Source of the DNA: a virus
Taxonomy: Duplodnaviria; Caudoviricetes
DNA: 34,563 bases
IMG/VR virus record: IMGVR_UViG_3300020369_000012
Span: 1-34,563 of that record
Direction: 5' to 3' (one strand)
Shown: positions 8,191 to 18,140 of the stretch, piece by piece
Layout of the letters: each line of letters begins with the position of its first letter
Position numbering within the stretch: position 1 is the first letter of the stretch
Program-made: the position numbers and the translations under genes
The notes under the pieces: model-generated
The model's input: only the letters and a program-made list of their open reading frames with translations
Told to the model about the DNA's origin: nothing
The model's database searches: none

Positions 8191-10226
8191 CCCTTTTTAA
8201 GTCTGGATAGCCGGGCGAAGTCGGCCAGTTCCTCAAGGCCGCTGCGCTGCGCCATTACGGGAACAGAGCGACCGCCCGGCAACTGGATCAGCGCCGCAGA
8301 AGAGAAGTCGCTGGCGGCACCAGCCAGCGCCGCGTCAGTCAGGCCTGCGCCTGCTTCGGACTCACGCAGGCCGCTAAGTACGCTGGCAAGGCGCCGCGAT
8401 GCGTCAGCAGTAAACACACGCTCACCGCCCCCAAACGCAACCAACTCCGGGCCGCGCTCACCCACCCAGGCAAGGCCTGGCGCAGCGCTGGGCGTGCCTG
8501 TCGCGTGACCTGGTATACCGCTGCCAGAGCTACCCGGAATGGGCGTCCAGCCAGCAGAGGCCGGCACCTCCGGTACGTTAAGGGTTGGAGTGATGACCAT
8601 CTCTTTACCAAGCGCCACACCCAGGGCAACGACCTTGGCTCGCAGATCCTCAATGGCTTCTGGGGGCATGAACGGCTTGACCTCCACCGAGGCCAGCTCT
8701 TTGACGCGCTGAAGCTCTGCGGTGATCGATGCCAGCTTTTTATCTGCATCCGTCTGCTGCAGGCGGTTGGCCTCCAGCTCGATTTGCTGCAGCTCTTTGG
8801 CGAAGCCGGTAAAACCGTAAGTGTTCTCTCCTGCCCGCTCCAGCTCCAGCAGCATCTCCAGCGCCTGCTGGGCTTGCCGCTGCGCACCTTCAAAGTCACC
8901 GCCGGCCAGAGACTGGCGGGCATTCAGCTTCAGCGCTTGCGCGGCACCGTAGCTTGCGCCGCCTGCCCCGCCCTGCAGCTGGGCCAGTGCATCGGCATAA
9001 CGCTTTTCAATTTCCAGCCGCTCGTCGCGGAATTTCTCTACGTCTCGGTTTGCCTCGCGCTCTGCCGTTTTCAGCTCGCTCAGCTTTTCCTTGGCGTCAT
9101 CAACCAGCTTTTTGTATGCATCCTTGATGGCTTGAGAGGACGTGACCACCGCGTTTTCCATCCGCTCGGAGCTGGCCTCAACCTCTCCCGCAACGCGGGT
9201 CACTGTTTCCCCAACGCTTTGGTATGAGCTGTCCCATAGCTTGCGCACCCGATCCATAGCGATGCCGGTATTGCGGGCGTTATCCTCACCCACCATGCGC
9301 ATAATGTCGGCAGCCTGGGATAGCTCACCACTGGCAACAGCAGCGGCCGCAGCGGCAGTGCCACCGATAAAGCGGCCCAGCGCGCCGAACCCATCGCCGA
9401 CAATGATCACGGCACTGGCCAGCACCTTCATCACGAAGCCGAGGACATTGGCAACCTGGGTTGCGGTCTGCCCCTCTCGCGACACATCAACAAGCAAGCC
9501 GGTGAGTTGGTTCATTGACGGCAGCAGCTCGGACGTAATCTGCTGCCCCACGCCTTGCGATACCGCCCCCAGCGTGTTGGCCGAGCGCTCGAAGGCTTTG
9601 GCGCCCTCAACGACATCATCGCTCATCACCAGGCCAAGCTCTCTGGCCTGCTCGGCCAGGCGCTGATACTCGGCACCGTTATCGCGCAGCAGCGGCAGCA
9701 GCAACGCGGCATCACTGGCAATGGCCTCCATGTAGAAGGTCATTTCATTCTGAGAGACGTTGGCCTGCTCCAGACTCTTAACGTAGAGCTGCAGAGCATC
9801 AGGACCGCTAAGCTCGCGAAACTGCTCAGCCGTTACCCCTACCTGCGGCGCGATGTTCTCGAAGAAATCGGCCAGCGGCCCGCCGCCTGTCTGCAGGAAG
9901 TCGCCAACCTTGTCGCGCACATCCTTGAAGATATCGCCCAGCTTGTCCTGCTCAATACCCATCGTCCGAGAGGCAAAGGCCCAAGTCTGAAACTTCTGAG
10001 CAGTAGTGCCAGACAATTCAGCCATGCGCACCATCTGAGCGGTAGCCAGGGCGCTCTCTTTCACAAAGGACGCCACCGCACTGACCGAGAACGCCCCCAG
10101 CAACGCCAGGCCCGCTTTCTTCGCCCCGGCGCTGAACCGTTCAAGCTGGTTGTCTGCCTGCTTGAAGGCGGGGCCGGCGTTGTTCTTGCCGTCTACCACC
10201 AGCTGCACGCGGGCCTTTTTGCTCAT
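8187..10226 (-). CDS. Tail tape measure protein
   Basis: Ala-rich helical, LSGPDALQLYVKSLEQANVSQ and C-terminal HATG..AWVGERGPEL motifs. Confidence 0.9.
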   Translation of the reverse strand: MSKKARVQLVVDGKNNAGPAFKQADNQLERFSAGAKKAGLALLGAFSVSAVASFVKESALATAQMVRMAELSGTTAQKFQTWAFASRTMGIEQDKLGDIFKDVRDKVGDFLQTGGGPLADFFENIAPQVGVTAEQFRELSGPDALQLYVKSLEQANVSQNEMTFYMEAIASDAALLLPLLRDNGAEYQRLAEQARELGLVMSDDVVEGAKAFERSANTLGAVSQGVGQQITSELLPSMNQLTGLLVDVSREGQTATQVANVLGFVMKVLASAVIIVGDGFGALGRFIGGTAAAAAAVASGELSQAADIMRMVGEDNARNTGIAMDRVRKLWDSSYQSVGETVTRVAGEVEASSERMENAVVTSSQAIKDAYKKLVDDAKEKLSELKTAEREANRDVEKFRDERLEIEKRYADALAQLQGGAGGASYGAAQALKLNARQSLAGGDFEGAQRQAQQALEMLLELERAGENTYGFTGFAKELQQIELEANRLQQTDADKKLASITAELQRVKELASVEVKPFMPPEAIEDLRAKVVALGVALGKEMVITPTLNVPEVPASAGWTPIPGSSGSGIPGHATGTPSAAPGLAWVGERGPELVAFGGGERVFTADASRRLASVLSGLRESEAGAGLTDAALAGAASDFSSAALIQLPGGRSVPVMAQRSGLEELADFARLSRLKKG

Positions 10227-10468
10227 TTGGAGAGTTCCTGCAGTATGCCTTTGAGGCGGTTTGGTTTAGCCCTGGCCGCGGCCGCAGCCAGAATGGCGTC
10301 ATGCCTTCGGCGCCGGTCTCTGGTTTCGATGGCCCGCTGGAATCCCTCAAGCTGATCGAGCGTATAGCCCTTCACATCAGCCAGCGCATGGCCAGTCTCA
10401 ATCAGTTGCTGGACGACGTAGAGCCAGCCAGCTGGCTTGCCGCCTGTACCAGGGCTTGGTCGAAAAAA
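10223..10468 (-). CDS. Tail assembly chaperone gpT part, reached by -1 frameshift
   Basis: Slippery T TTT TTC at 10468-10462; the -1 frame is open (..GWLYVVQQLIETGHALADVKGYTLDQL..LSK*) to a stop overlapping the TMP start. Confidence 0.75.
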   Translation of the reverse strand, partial: FFRPSPGTGGKPAGWLYVVQQLIETGHALADVKGYTLDQLEGFQRAIETRDRRRRHDAILAAAAARAKPNRLKGILQELSK

Positions 10469-10764
10469 GAGGAGTTAACCTGGATCACCGCAAACATCAG
10501 GCTGACCGCAGAAGCCGCAGGCATACGCCTTCGCTGGCGGCGGCTCAGACTGGTGCAACTACCCAGCACGGCATCCAACGCGCCGGACTGGCGGGCATAG
10601 GCGTAGATCTCTGCCGGGCTGGCATTTTGCAGCATGCTGATCAGTGCGCCTGAGGCTTTGCCGAACGCTTCAAAGTGTTCCAGGGTGACCGGTTTGACCT
10701 CTACCCGCCCGGTACCGAATGGCACCGAGACAGGTTTCGGGAACAGAACACTCAGCTCGCTCAT
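10402..10764 (-). CDS. Tail assembly chaperone gpG-like
   Basis: Between tail tube and TMP; ends with ..VNSSFF.. slippery site. Confidence 0.75.
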   Translation of the reverse strand: MSELSVLFPKPVSVPFGTGRVEVKPVTLEHFEAFGKASGALISMLQNASPAEIYAYARQSGALDAVLGSCTSLSRRQRRRMPAASAVSLMFAVIQVNSSFFDQALVQAASQLAGSTSSSN

Positions 10765-11546
10765 GCATCCACCGCTTCGTGCTCAATGGTGAAGAACGCA
10801 GCATCGCCAGGCTCATAAACGTTCGGATCTGGCAGCAGGCGGATACTGACCGGGATCGAGCCAAACTCAGCGCCCTGGGTGATCGGCATACCGCCATTCA
10901 GGCTGATGCGTGCATAGAAGCACTTGATGCGCCGCTTTTCGTTTGCACCGCCTTCGTTGACCTGCGCGAACATCACCCGATAGAACTTGCGGCCTTGCGT
11001 GAATGGCTTAATCAGATCCACGGTCGGGTAGCTGTAGCTCACAAGGATTGGCAGCTTTTTGCGGCCATCAACGCCTGCAGTCTCGGCATTGATATCGGTA
11101 GCCAGCGCGCCGCCCGGCAGCACGCGGATGCCACCCGGCAGCACAGCGTAATCAGTACCTCGGGTGTACTCGGTCACACCGTCGTCACTGGTAACAGCGG
11201 TGACCGCCAGCGGGAGGTGCTGCAGCACGATATCGCCTCCCACGTATGCATCATGCGGCTCATCTTCCTCAGAGCCGCTGGGCACGCGCTCGACCGAGCC
11301 GTACAGCGCGATGCCTGCCGCGCGCGGGCTGAAGTCCACCGCTTCGCCAGTGATGTTGATTGAAGACGTTGAGGTGACGCCATCCAGCTCGGGCAGGCCG
11401 ATTCGGGTCGGATTGGGGATCGAAATCTCGGACGATTCCGGCTCAGCGTTCACGTTCTGCAGTTTGAAAATCTCTTCCAGGCCCCAGCTCGGGTAAGCGC
11501 CTACGCTCACATGGCCACGGAAAAGCTGAGTGTAAAGTTGGTCCAT
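10761..11546 (-). CDS. Major tail tube protein
   Basis: Size, position and YTRGTDY beta-rich motif. Confidence 0.75.
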   Translation of the reverse strand: MDQLYTQLFRGHVSVGAYPSWGLEEIFKLQNVNAEPESSEISIPNPTRIGLPELDGVTSTSSINITGEAVDFSPRAAGIALYGSVERVPSGSEEDEPHDAYVGGDIVLQHLPLAVTAVTSDDGVTEYTRGTDYAVLPGGIRVLPGGALATDINAETAGVDGRKKLPILVSYSYPTVDLIKPFTQGRKFYRVMFAQVNEGGANEKRRIKCFYARISLNGGMPITQGAEFGSIPVSIRLLPDPNVYEPGDAAFFTIEHEAVDA

Positions 11547-11570
11547 TTCGTGCTCCTGGCCTGCGGCCTG

Positions 11571-12002
11571 CTAGTAGGTTTGGGTGTACAACACAGCGAT
11601 GCTGATGATCAGGCGCATGGTCGTTACACCATCCACCGGGTACTGCGGTTCGGCCTCGTCTTCTTCGTCGTCGAGACCAGGGAAGCGCTTATCAACGTCA
11701 GGCTCGTGAAAGCCCAGCGCGCGCAACACATCCACGTGTGCACCATCCAACTCGGCCGCACTCGCTCCCTTGGAGAAGGTCACCTCGATGGCGTACTCAC
11801 GGCGGCGAAGCGCCTGCCGGCCCGCTGTATCGGACCGGCCATCTCGCACCATGCGGAACTGGATATAGGGCGTTTGGGCCCTGTCCCGGATCTTATCCAG
11901 GGGGCCATACACCTCGGCCACATCCGTCAGGTAGCCAGCCGCTCGGGAAATACCAGACAGCCGCGCGTGCAGCGCTGCGTCCAGCTCTGTGGCCTTAATC
12001 AT
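11571..12002 (-). CDS. Tail terminator/completion protein
   Basis: RLSGISRAAGYLTD motif; acidic; upstream of tail tube. Confidence 0.7.
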   Translation of the reverse strand: MIKATELDAALHARLSGISRAAGYLTDVAEVYGPLDKIRDRAQTPYIQFRMVRDGRSDTAGRQALRRREYAIEVTFSKGASAAELDGAHVDVLRALGFHEPDVDKRFPGLDDEEDEAEPQYPVDGVTTMRLIISIAVLYTQTY

Positions 12003-12018
12003 GGAAGCTCCGGGCAAT

Positions 12019-12041
12019 AAAAAACCCGCCGAAGCGGGTTT
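12019..12041 (-). terminator. Terminator of moron gene
   Basis: Minus strand AAACCCGC-TTCG-GCGGGTTTTTT. Confidence 0.8.
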
Positions 12042-12055
12042 GGTTGGAAGCGTAG

Positions 12056-12526
12056 TTAACGCCCTGTTGCTGACTGGTAGTGCGATGTAGCACACCCGTT
12101 TTCATCAAAATCTACGCTACGGTAAGGGTCTCGCCCTTTTGAATACCAGGTCCAGCTCTCTCGGCCGTTATAGTTGCTGATTCGATCCGGGCGCCCATAC
12201 TCGCCACGGAAGAAACCTTGAGACAGGCCGCCACCGGGATGGCGGCCGCGATACTTCTCGCAGGGTGATTCAGGCTCACCAACCACCGTCACCCGAGCTG
12301 GCCTTTGCTGACGCGGGTACAGATCAGGCCCCGCCATCGGCACCACTTCGCTACCACCGCTGGGCGGCACGTTGCGTGCGTCGTATTCCTGATCGACCGA
12401 AGGGGATGCGCCGCAGCCCATCTGGCTGAACGTCGTCTTACCGCTTTCATCAACGCAGCGGTAAATCGTTTGCCCACTCGCAAACGACGCAAAGCCTAAA
12501 GCCAAAACCAGTGCAATCCAGTGCAT
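12056..12526 (-). CDS. Moron: exported DUF4124-domain protein
   Basis: Signal peptide MHWIALVLALGFASFASG, then IYRCVDESGKTTFSQMGC; SD GGGAG; own terminator. Confidence 0.75.
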   Translation of the reverse strand: MHWIALVLALGFASFASGQTIYRCVDESGKTTFSQMGCGASPSVDQEYDARNVPPSGGSEVVPMAGPDLYPRQQRPARVTVVGEPESPCEKYRGRHPGGGLSQGFFRGEYGRPDRISNYNGRESWTWYSKGRDPYRSVDFDENGCATSHYQSATGR

Positions 12527-12587
12527 ACCCAATCTCCCTGCCAGACCAAGGCATGATAATAGCGCAGCACAGCAGCATACTTGCAAG

Positions 12588-13211
12588 CTAACGCCTGCGC
12601 CTCGGCGCCCGAATTCCTTTTGCGATCTCGGCCGCCAACCGCCGATCAAACTCTGCGAGCATGAAGTTCTGGATACGCCGGAGCCTGGAGCCGGTCATCA
12701 GGATGTGAAACCAGTACGCTACGCTCGGCCCCAGAGCCGCTTCTGGCTTTGCGGTCGAGTATCGATACTCACGCATTGCCCCGCCCAGCTTGGCGACCTT
12801 GGCAGCACGTGAGCTATGTGTTCGCAACGGCGCACGCTTGGAGCCCTTTGGATTCACGAAGCCGGCGGCAATCTTGCGGCCTGTAACCCCCTGCACCCAG
12901 ATAACGCCCCGCGTTGGGTCAACAGCACCAAAACCCCAGCGCTTGTACTGCTCTACCTCAACGCCAGATGACGAGGGGATAAGGCGTGCGTTGGTACGCT
13001 TGCTACCGGCGCGCTTGATAATCAGGCGACGGTTCAATTCGCGCCGGCCGCCAGCAATGATCCGCGACAAATCAGGCATTACTTCTGCCTTGCGCGTGTT
13101 GGTCACCGTGGTGTTCAACGTGCCACGAATAACTGGCTCGACACGGCGATTCAGCTTTGCCAGATCCTGCCGCGCCTGCTGCACGTCGTGAGCAGTCAGC
13201 GAGAGTTTCAC
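12588..13211 (-). CDS. Minor tail/neck protein (gpZ-like)
   Basis: Basic protein with GPSV motif in the head-tail joining region. Confidence 0.6.
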   Translation of the reverse strand: MKLSLTAHDVQQARQDLAKLNRRVEPVIRGTLNTTVTNTRKAEVMPDLSRIIAGGRRELNRRLIIKRAGSKRTNARLIPSSSGVEVEQYKRWGFGAVDPTRGVIWVQGVTGRKIAAGFVNPKGSKRAPLRTHSSRAAKVAKLGGAMREYRYSTAKPEAALGPSVAYWFHILMTGSRLRRIQNFMLAEFDRRLAAEIAKGIRAPRRRR

Positions 13212-13756
13212 GGCACACGCTCCAGCCACACGCCACGCACAATGCCGTCATCACTACGGTCGTCGTAGTCGACTACCTGATAGCCGACCCCGGCAACCTG
13301 CAACACATCGCCAGGTTGAGCGCGGCCAACCTCAATCAACGCCAGCTCTGCCCGCGTCTTGTAGTCGATCACCTGGCCCATTCGATCAATCACCGGCGCT
13401 TCATGCTGCAGGAATACGCGGCAGCCGGCGGGATCACCATCTGCCGGCAGGTACTGCGCAGGCTGGCCGATCAGCTCGGTGGCAGCTATCTGCACCTCAA
13501 CCCGCGTGCCCATCACATCGCGCACGTTGTCGATATGCAGCAGCCGATCATCGGCCACCAGATAGCGCCCCTGCTGCAGGCGGTCATCCCACCAGGCACG
13601 CACCGTAACCTGCGCGCTACTGCGCAAGCCGGCAGGTGCAGGGGTTGTGCCTTCCTTGGCACGGATGCCCACCCACAGCCAGTCAATTGTGACCGGCTGC
13701 AGATCGGGGTCCAACTCGACGAGGTTGGCCGGGGTGTCTATTACTCCAATTCGCAT
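13208..13756 (-). CDS. Head closure / head-tail joining protein
   Basis: Position after connector; beta-rich. Confidence 0.6.
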   Translation of the reverse strand: MRIGVIDTPANLVELDPDLQPVTIDWLWVGIRAKEGTTPAPAGLRSSAQVTVRAWWDDRLQQGRYLVADDRLLHIDNVRDVMGTRVEVQIAATELIGQPAQYLPADGDPAGCRVFLQHEAPVIDRMGQVIDYKTRAELALIEVGRAQPGDVLQVAGVGYQVVDYDDRSDDGIVRGVWLERVP

Positions 13757-13758
13757 AG

Positions 13759-14298
13759 CTACCTCGGCACAACAAAGGGGTTAAGCAGGTCATCAACGAA
13801 GCCCATGCGGCCCGAGATAGTGCCGATCACTACGGCGTTCGGGTTCGCATAAGCATCCGCGACATGAACCAGCATCCAGTCACAGAGGCTTGCTGGCACT
13901 GCTGAAGGCTCTGCGCCGTAGCCGGCGCGGAACTGCACCACGACTTCCTCACCCGGCCAGCTGCCAGACTTAGCAACCACACTGGCCTCATCACCAAGGT
14001 TCACGCGGTATGCGCTTGGATCGAGCAATACACCGTCCACATGAACCGACAGCACTTCCTGCACCGGCCAGCGCTGTAGCGGGATGCTGCAGTGCGCACC
14101 AGGGCATTGCGTCTGCTGCCAGTCTTGCGTGATCAGGGCCCTGCGGGTGCGAGCCTCAACCTGTTCTCGCGCAGAGGCAATCAGCCGCTCAAGGCGCGTA
14201 TCAGCAGAGGAGTGCCGCACCCTGCACTGCTCCTTTGCCTGATCGACCGTGACCGGCTCAACCGCAGGCGCGGTAGTGCGATTCAGTCGAATGTGCAT
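13759..14298 (-). CDS. Head-tail connector protein
   Basis: EPVTVDQAKEQCRV, TRRALITQDW and FRAGYG motifs. Confidence 0.85.
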   Translation of the reverse strand: MHIRLNRTTAPAVEPVTVDQAKEQCRVRHSSADTRLERLIASAREQVEARTRRALITQDWQQTQCPGAHCSIPLQRWPVQEVLSVHVDGVLLDPSAYRVNLGDEASVVAKSGSWPGEEVVVQFRAGYGAEPSAVPASLCDWMLVHVADAYANPNAVVIGTISGRMGFVDDLLNPFVVPR

Positions 14299-14304
14299 AG
14301 GTGA

Positions 14305-14622
14305 TTACTCTTCGGTGGCCGGGCCTTCGGTGGAGCCGTCTTCGGTACCGGCACCGCCCTGCTCTGAACTCTGAGGCTCAGTGGCACCGCCATCTGCAGG
14401 CTTGGCCGGTGCCTTGCCGCCCGTCTTGCCAGCAGCCTTGCTGCCACCCTTGGCCTTCGCCTTGGGCTCGGCGTCTTCTTCATCCTCAATCAGCGCAGCC
14501 TTGCGGATGCGTACCAGCAGCCTGGCGTCAGCCTCGCTCAGGTCAGCCGGCACCGAGTAGGCCTCGCCCTTGCGGATATCCACGCCAGAAGCGGAAGTGT
14601 TGCGCGTTGCTTTGATCTTCAT
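14305..14622 (-). CDS. Hypothetical head-associated protein with low-complexity C-terminus
   Basis: SD-preceded ORF after capsid. Confidence 0.6.
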   Translation of the reverse strand: MKIKATRNTSASGVDIRKGEAYSVPADLSEADARLLVRIRKAALIEDEEDAEPKAKAKGGSKAAGKTGGKAPAKPADGGATEPQSSEQGGAGTEDGSTEGPATEE

Positions 14623-14680
14623 GTGTTCACCAGTCAACAGGCTGCAGGGAGCCCCTGCAGCCATTGGAGGGAACCGAGCA

Positions 14681-16060
14681 TTACTCGGTGATGGCGTCCT
14701 TCATGGCAGCGAACGACTCTGCGTGACGCAGCGCGAAGTCCACAGACTGGAAGGCCACAACCCGTACTTTGCCGGAGCTGGCACCAGTGAACGGGTCAAC
14801 CAGCAGGTCCAGGCCACCCCAGAGGCCCATCACCAGATCGGCCCAGTTGCCGAACAGGATGGCGCTCAGGTCGGTGCCGGTACCCTTGGTCAGGTTGCCC
14901 GGCACCTGATTGCTGATCGCGGCGCGGTAGCCGTTCAGCGGGGTGTTCGGGCTCATGCGATCCCAGACAAACATGCCGGAGCCGTCGTCGACCTTGGTGG
15001 TCTTCAGCTTGCCGCGCACCTTGGCGTTGGCCAGGTAGCCGAGCGAGCCGATGTCAGCGTTATCCACCGCCACCTCGGTTTCGAGCTGGACGATGTTTTC
15101 CCAGGTCGGAGCCGCACCGTTTGTACCGCCCACCACGCTGCCGATCCCGGTCTGATTCAGCACACCACGCGGCTGGTTGGCGCTGCCAGAGCCAGCGATG
15201 CCAGCCAAATCAATACCCAGCGCCAGAGAGCGCATCAGGTCCATGCGCACAAACGCCTCAACGCTGATGCTGGACTGCATCATCAGCTGGCGACTGTAGT
15301 CAGTCAGAGCGCCGATGGTCTTCGGAGTCAGCGGCACCTGCCCAACAGTTCCACCGTCAGGGGTTACATCGTCATCCTCGGCCAGCCAGTAGGTTTGCGC
15401 AGAGCCGGTTTTCTTCGGGATCTGCACATTGCCCACCAGCCCAGACAGCGTGGTGATGCCCAGGCCGGTGAGAGCCAGCTGGTTCTCCAGGCTGTCAATG
15501 AAGCTACCGCTGAGCAGATCGGTGGCAACAAGGTTGCCGCCAGCAGTGGGCGTGCCCACGTTGAGCTGCGAGCGGTGCGACAGCACCTCAACCGGGATCA
15601 GCATCGAGCGGCCTTCACGCTCCAGGCGAGCCATCACGCCCGGTGCCATGCCCATGTCAGACGGGATGACAATGCCGCGACTGGTGCGCCCCTGCAGCTT
15701 GGCCGCTTCCTGGCAGGCTTCAATTTCAAAATCTGCATCTTTCTGAGCGCGCGTGTCCTGCGGGTTGGACAGCGCACGGATCAGGCGTACCACACTGAAG
15801 CGGTTGATCTCGCGCTCTTCCATTCCCAGTTCGGAGCCGGTGACACCCTTACCAGCCTGCTGGCGGCGATGCTCGGCCAGTTGTTCGTGGCGCTTGATGT
15901 CAGACCCGATGGTGTCGGCATCCTTCATCAGCGCATCGAACTGGCCGCGCTCTTCTTCACTGAGTTGACGTTTAGCGGATTCAGCAGCATCAACGATGCC
16001 TTGCGCTTCCTCCAGTTTCTGGTTGCGCTGGTTGCGCAGTTCTTTCAGGTCTTTAGACAT
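14681..16060 (-). CDS. Major capsid protein, HK97 fold with N-terminal delta domain
   Basis: Coiled-coil N-terminus, GGNLVATD, GSGSANQPRGVLN, LFGNW motifs. Confidence 0.95.
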   Translation of the reverse strand: MSKDLKELRNQRNQKLEEAQGIVDAAESAKRQLSEEERGQFDALMKDADTIGSDIKRHEQLAEHRRQQAGKGVTGSELGMEEREINRFSVVRLIRALSNPQDTRAQKDADFEIEACQEAAKLQGRTSRGIVIPSDMGMAPGVMARLEREGRSMLIPVEVLSHRSQLNVGTPTAGGNLVATDLLSGSFIDSLENQLALTGLGITTLSGLVGNVQIPKKTGSAQTYWLAEDDDVTPDGGTVGQVPLTPKTIGALTDYSRQLMMQSSISVEAFVRMDLMRSLALGIDLAGIAGSGSANQPRGVLNQTGIGSVVGGTNGAAPTWENIVQLETEVAVDNADIGSLGYLANAKVRGKLKTTKVDDGSGMFVWDRMSPNTPLNGYRAAISNQVPGNLTKGTGTDLSAILFGNWADLVMGLWGGLDLLVDPFTGASSGKVRVVAFQSVDFALRHAESFAAMKDAITE

Positions 16061-16077
16061 ATAGTCCTCGCGGGCAC

Positions 16078-16099
16078 AAAAAAGCCCGCAGAAGCGGGC
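16078..16099 (-). terminator. Terminator-like hairpin between protease and capsid genes
   Basis: Minus strand GCCCGC-TTCT-GCGGGCTTTTTT. Confidence 0.55.
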
Positions 16100-16120
16100 C
16101 GGTATGGGTTTAGGGTAGGC

Positions 16121-16723
16121 TTAGCTCGCGCGCTGCAGCTGCAGGCGCAAACGACGGTGTTCGTCGTGGATGATTCCCGGATCTGGTGGCTGAGCGCCTG
16201 CCGCCTTGGCTTCCTTCCAGCGATCCATGCTGCGAGCTGAAATAGTCGTCTGCCCGTAGGCCGGGAAGGTGACCGGGCTGACTTCGTACAGCTCGACCTC
16301 CAGCAGGGTTCTCACCCACACATCACCGACCTTTTCCCAGTGGTCCTGCAGGGTGAGAAAGCCGAACGACATTTCTCGCACGTCGCCGCGCTCCATGCTG
16401 ACCAGCAGGTCGCGGGCATAGCTGGTGTCGGGCGTATCAATCTCGACGTTCAGCCCGGTATCGTCCTCAGCCAGGCGCAGTGTGCCGGCAGAGGTACGGC
16501 CCAGAATCAGATCACTGTTGTGATTCATCAGCGCCCGCACATCCCGTTCCAGGCTGCTCTTGAAGGCGCCCGGCGCGATCTGCTCAACAAAGCCGCCCAG
16601 ATCCTCGGAGCGCTGGTTGAACACGGCGGCATGGCCACCGATCAATGTGGTGCTGCCACCTTCCGGTGCCTGCAGGCGCATTTCCTGCGGCTTGTAGAAG
16701 CGGCGTTCAAAGTCTTTTTTCAT
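16121..16723 (-). CDS. HK97-family prohead protease
   Basis: FVEQIAPGAF, ALMNH, MSFGF, LYEVSPVTFPAY motifs. Confidence 0.95.
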   Translation of the reverse strand: MKKDFERRFYKPQEMRLQAPEGGSTTLIGGHAAVFNQRSEDLGGFVEQIAPGAFKSSLERDVRALMNHNSDLILGRTSAGTLRLAEDDTGLNVEIDTPDTSYARDLLVSMERGDVREMSFGFLTLQDHWEKVGDVWVRTLLEVELYEVSPVTFPAYGQTTISARSMDRWKEAKAAGAQPPDPGIIHDEHRRLRLQLQRAS

Positions 16724-17949
16724 GCTCCCCCCTCTTTGGGCTGGCTCTTGTAAGCAGCCGGGTCAACAAACTCACTGAGCCCATCACGAGCATTCAGGTC
16801 TTCAAGCGCTCGCACTTCATTGCGATCCATCCAGCCGGGGCCGTTATTGCCGCCAATCGCCGCCTTGTAGTACTCGGCCTTGCTCTTCAAATCGACGCGC
16901 AGCAGAGCGTTGTCGGTGAAGCGCACATAGTGCCCAGTATCCAGGTCACGCAGACTCAGCAGGTCGCGCTGCATAGCCTGCTCGACCATGCGTAGCACCG
17001 GCGACAAGGTGAACGTCAGGTGGCCGATGGTGATCTGCTCAACCCCGGTTCCCCAGGTCGACGTTTTATCGCCGTGGCCGATCAGCAGCGGATTCATCCG
17101 CCAGATGCTGCACACCTCCGAAACCTGATGCACTCGGGTTTCCAGCATCTGCACTTCGTCTGCATTGAGGCTGAGCTTTTCAAAGGTCATGCCCTCCTCA
17201 AGCAGGATCGGCTTGTGGTGGTTCGCCAGCCCCACATACTTCTCGGCAAAACTAGACTGCAACCGGTTGTAGGCCGGATCGCTCAGCGTCTTGGGGTGGC
17301 TCAGCAAGCCAGTGCTGATGGCGCCGTTCTTGAACACCCGCGCCCCGTGCTCCAGAGCAGCCATCGATAGCCCGATGGTTTCTGCATGCAGCTGAATTGG
17401 CGAGGGCGCCCCCAGCAAGTCGCCACCAAACGCGCGCCAGTGGTGAACCTCCTCACGCAGCAGGATCTCTGCCGGCCCCCTTGAGGGCTGATAGTGATAG
17501 TAAATATCGCCGTCATCACCAAAGAACGGGGTGGTGCGATCCGGGTGCATCGGGATCAGTTCATCAACACCGTTGCGCTGGCTGATGATGCGACTGTAAC
17601 CATTGCCCCGCAGCAGCATGTGGCCGGCCATCATGCGCCGCCACTCAAAAGAGGTTTGCCAGCGATTAGGCCGGTGCTTGATCAGGTTGTATAGCGGGTT
17701 GCGGCGGGCCAATACCGCGTTCTTCTGGTCGTTGTCGGAGTCATCCTGGTACAGGTTCAGCGGCAGCATTGCCACGCTGTCTGCCAGATGCGAAACGCAG
17801 GCGTAAACCACGGCGACCTTCAAGGCCAGGTCCGGCGTCACAGTCACACCAGAGGCCGTGCTGGCTCCAATCAAGCTGCGCCAAACTTCCTTTGGCACCA
17901 CCGTAACCGCGCGCTGCTCCGCGCGCCGCAGGCTGTTGAAAATACCCAT
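16720..17949 (-). CDS. Portal protein, HK97 family
   Basis: VYACVSHLADSVAMLPL, PNRWQTSFEW, LLRGNGY, NEVRALEDL. Confidence 0.95.
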   Translation of the reverse strand: MGIFNSLRRAEQRAVTVVPKEVWRSLIGASTASGVTVTPDLALKVAVVYACVSHLADSVAMLPLNLYQDDSDNDQKNAVLARRNPLYNLIKHRPNRWQTSFEWRRMMAGHMLLRGNGYSRIISQRNGVDELIPMHPDRTTPFFGDDGDIYYHYQPSRGPAEILLREEVHHWRAFGGDLLGAPSPIQLHAETIGLSMAALEHGARVFKNGAISTGLLSHPKTLSDPAYNRLQSSFAEKYVGLANHHKPILLEEGMTFEKLSLNADEVQMLETRVHQVSEVCSIWRMNPLLIGHGDKTSTWGTGVEQITIGHLTFTLSPVLRMVEQAMQRDLLSLRDLDTGHYVRFTDNALLRVDLKSKAEYYKAAIGGNNGPGWMDRNEVRALEDLNARDGLSEFVDPAAYKSQPKEGGA

Positions 17950-18140
17950 CAGCTTTGCTCCTCATCCAGCGAGGCCGGCGCAGCCGGAACACCGGCCATA
18001 CGCCACGCGAAAGCCAGCAGCAGGCCGCCCAGAACGATGAAGCCAGCAGGCTGATAAACCAGCCATGCGCCATAAGACAGCAGGCCAGCACCAGCCAGCC
18101 CGACAGCATCATTGGCAAAATCACGCACATTGATCTTCAT
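17949..18140 (-). CDS. Small two-TM protein between terL and portal
   Basis: Hydrophobic 63 aa; translationally coupled. Confidence 0.7.
   Translation of the reverse strand: MKINVRDFANDAVGLAGAGLLSYGAWLVYQPAGFIVLGGLLLAFAWRMAGVPAAPASLDEEQS

Noticed and set aside
14570-16240. 556-aa + strand ORF
   Set aside because: Antisense shadow of the capsid and protease genes
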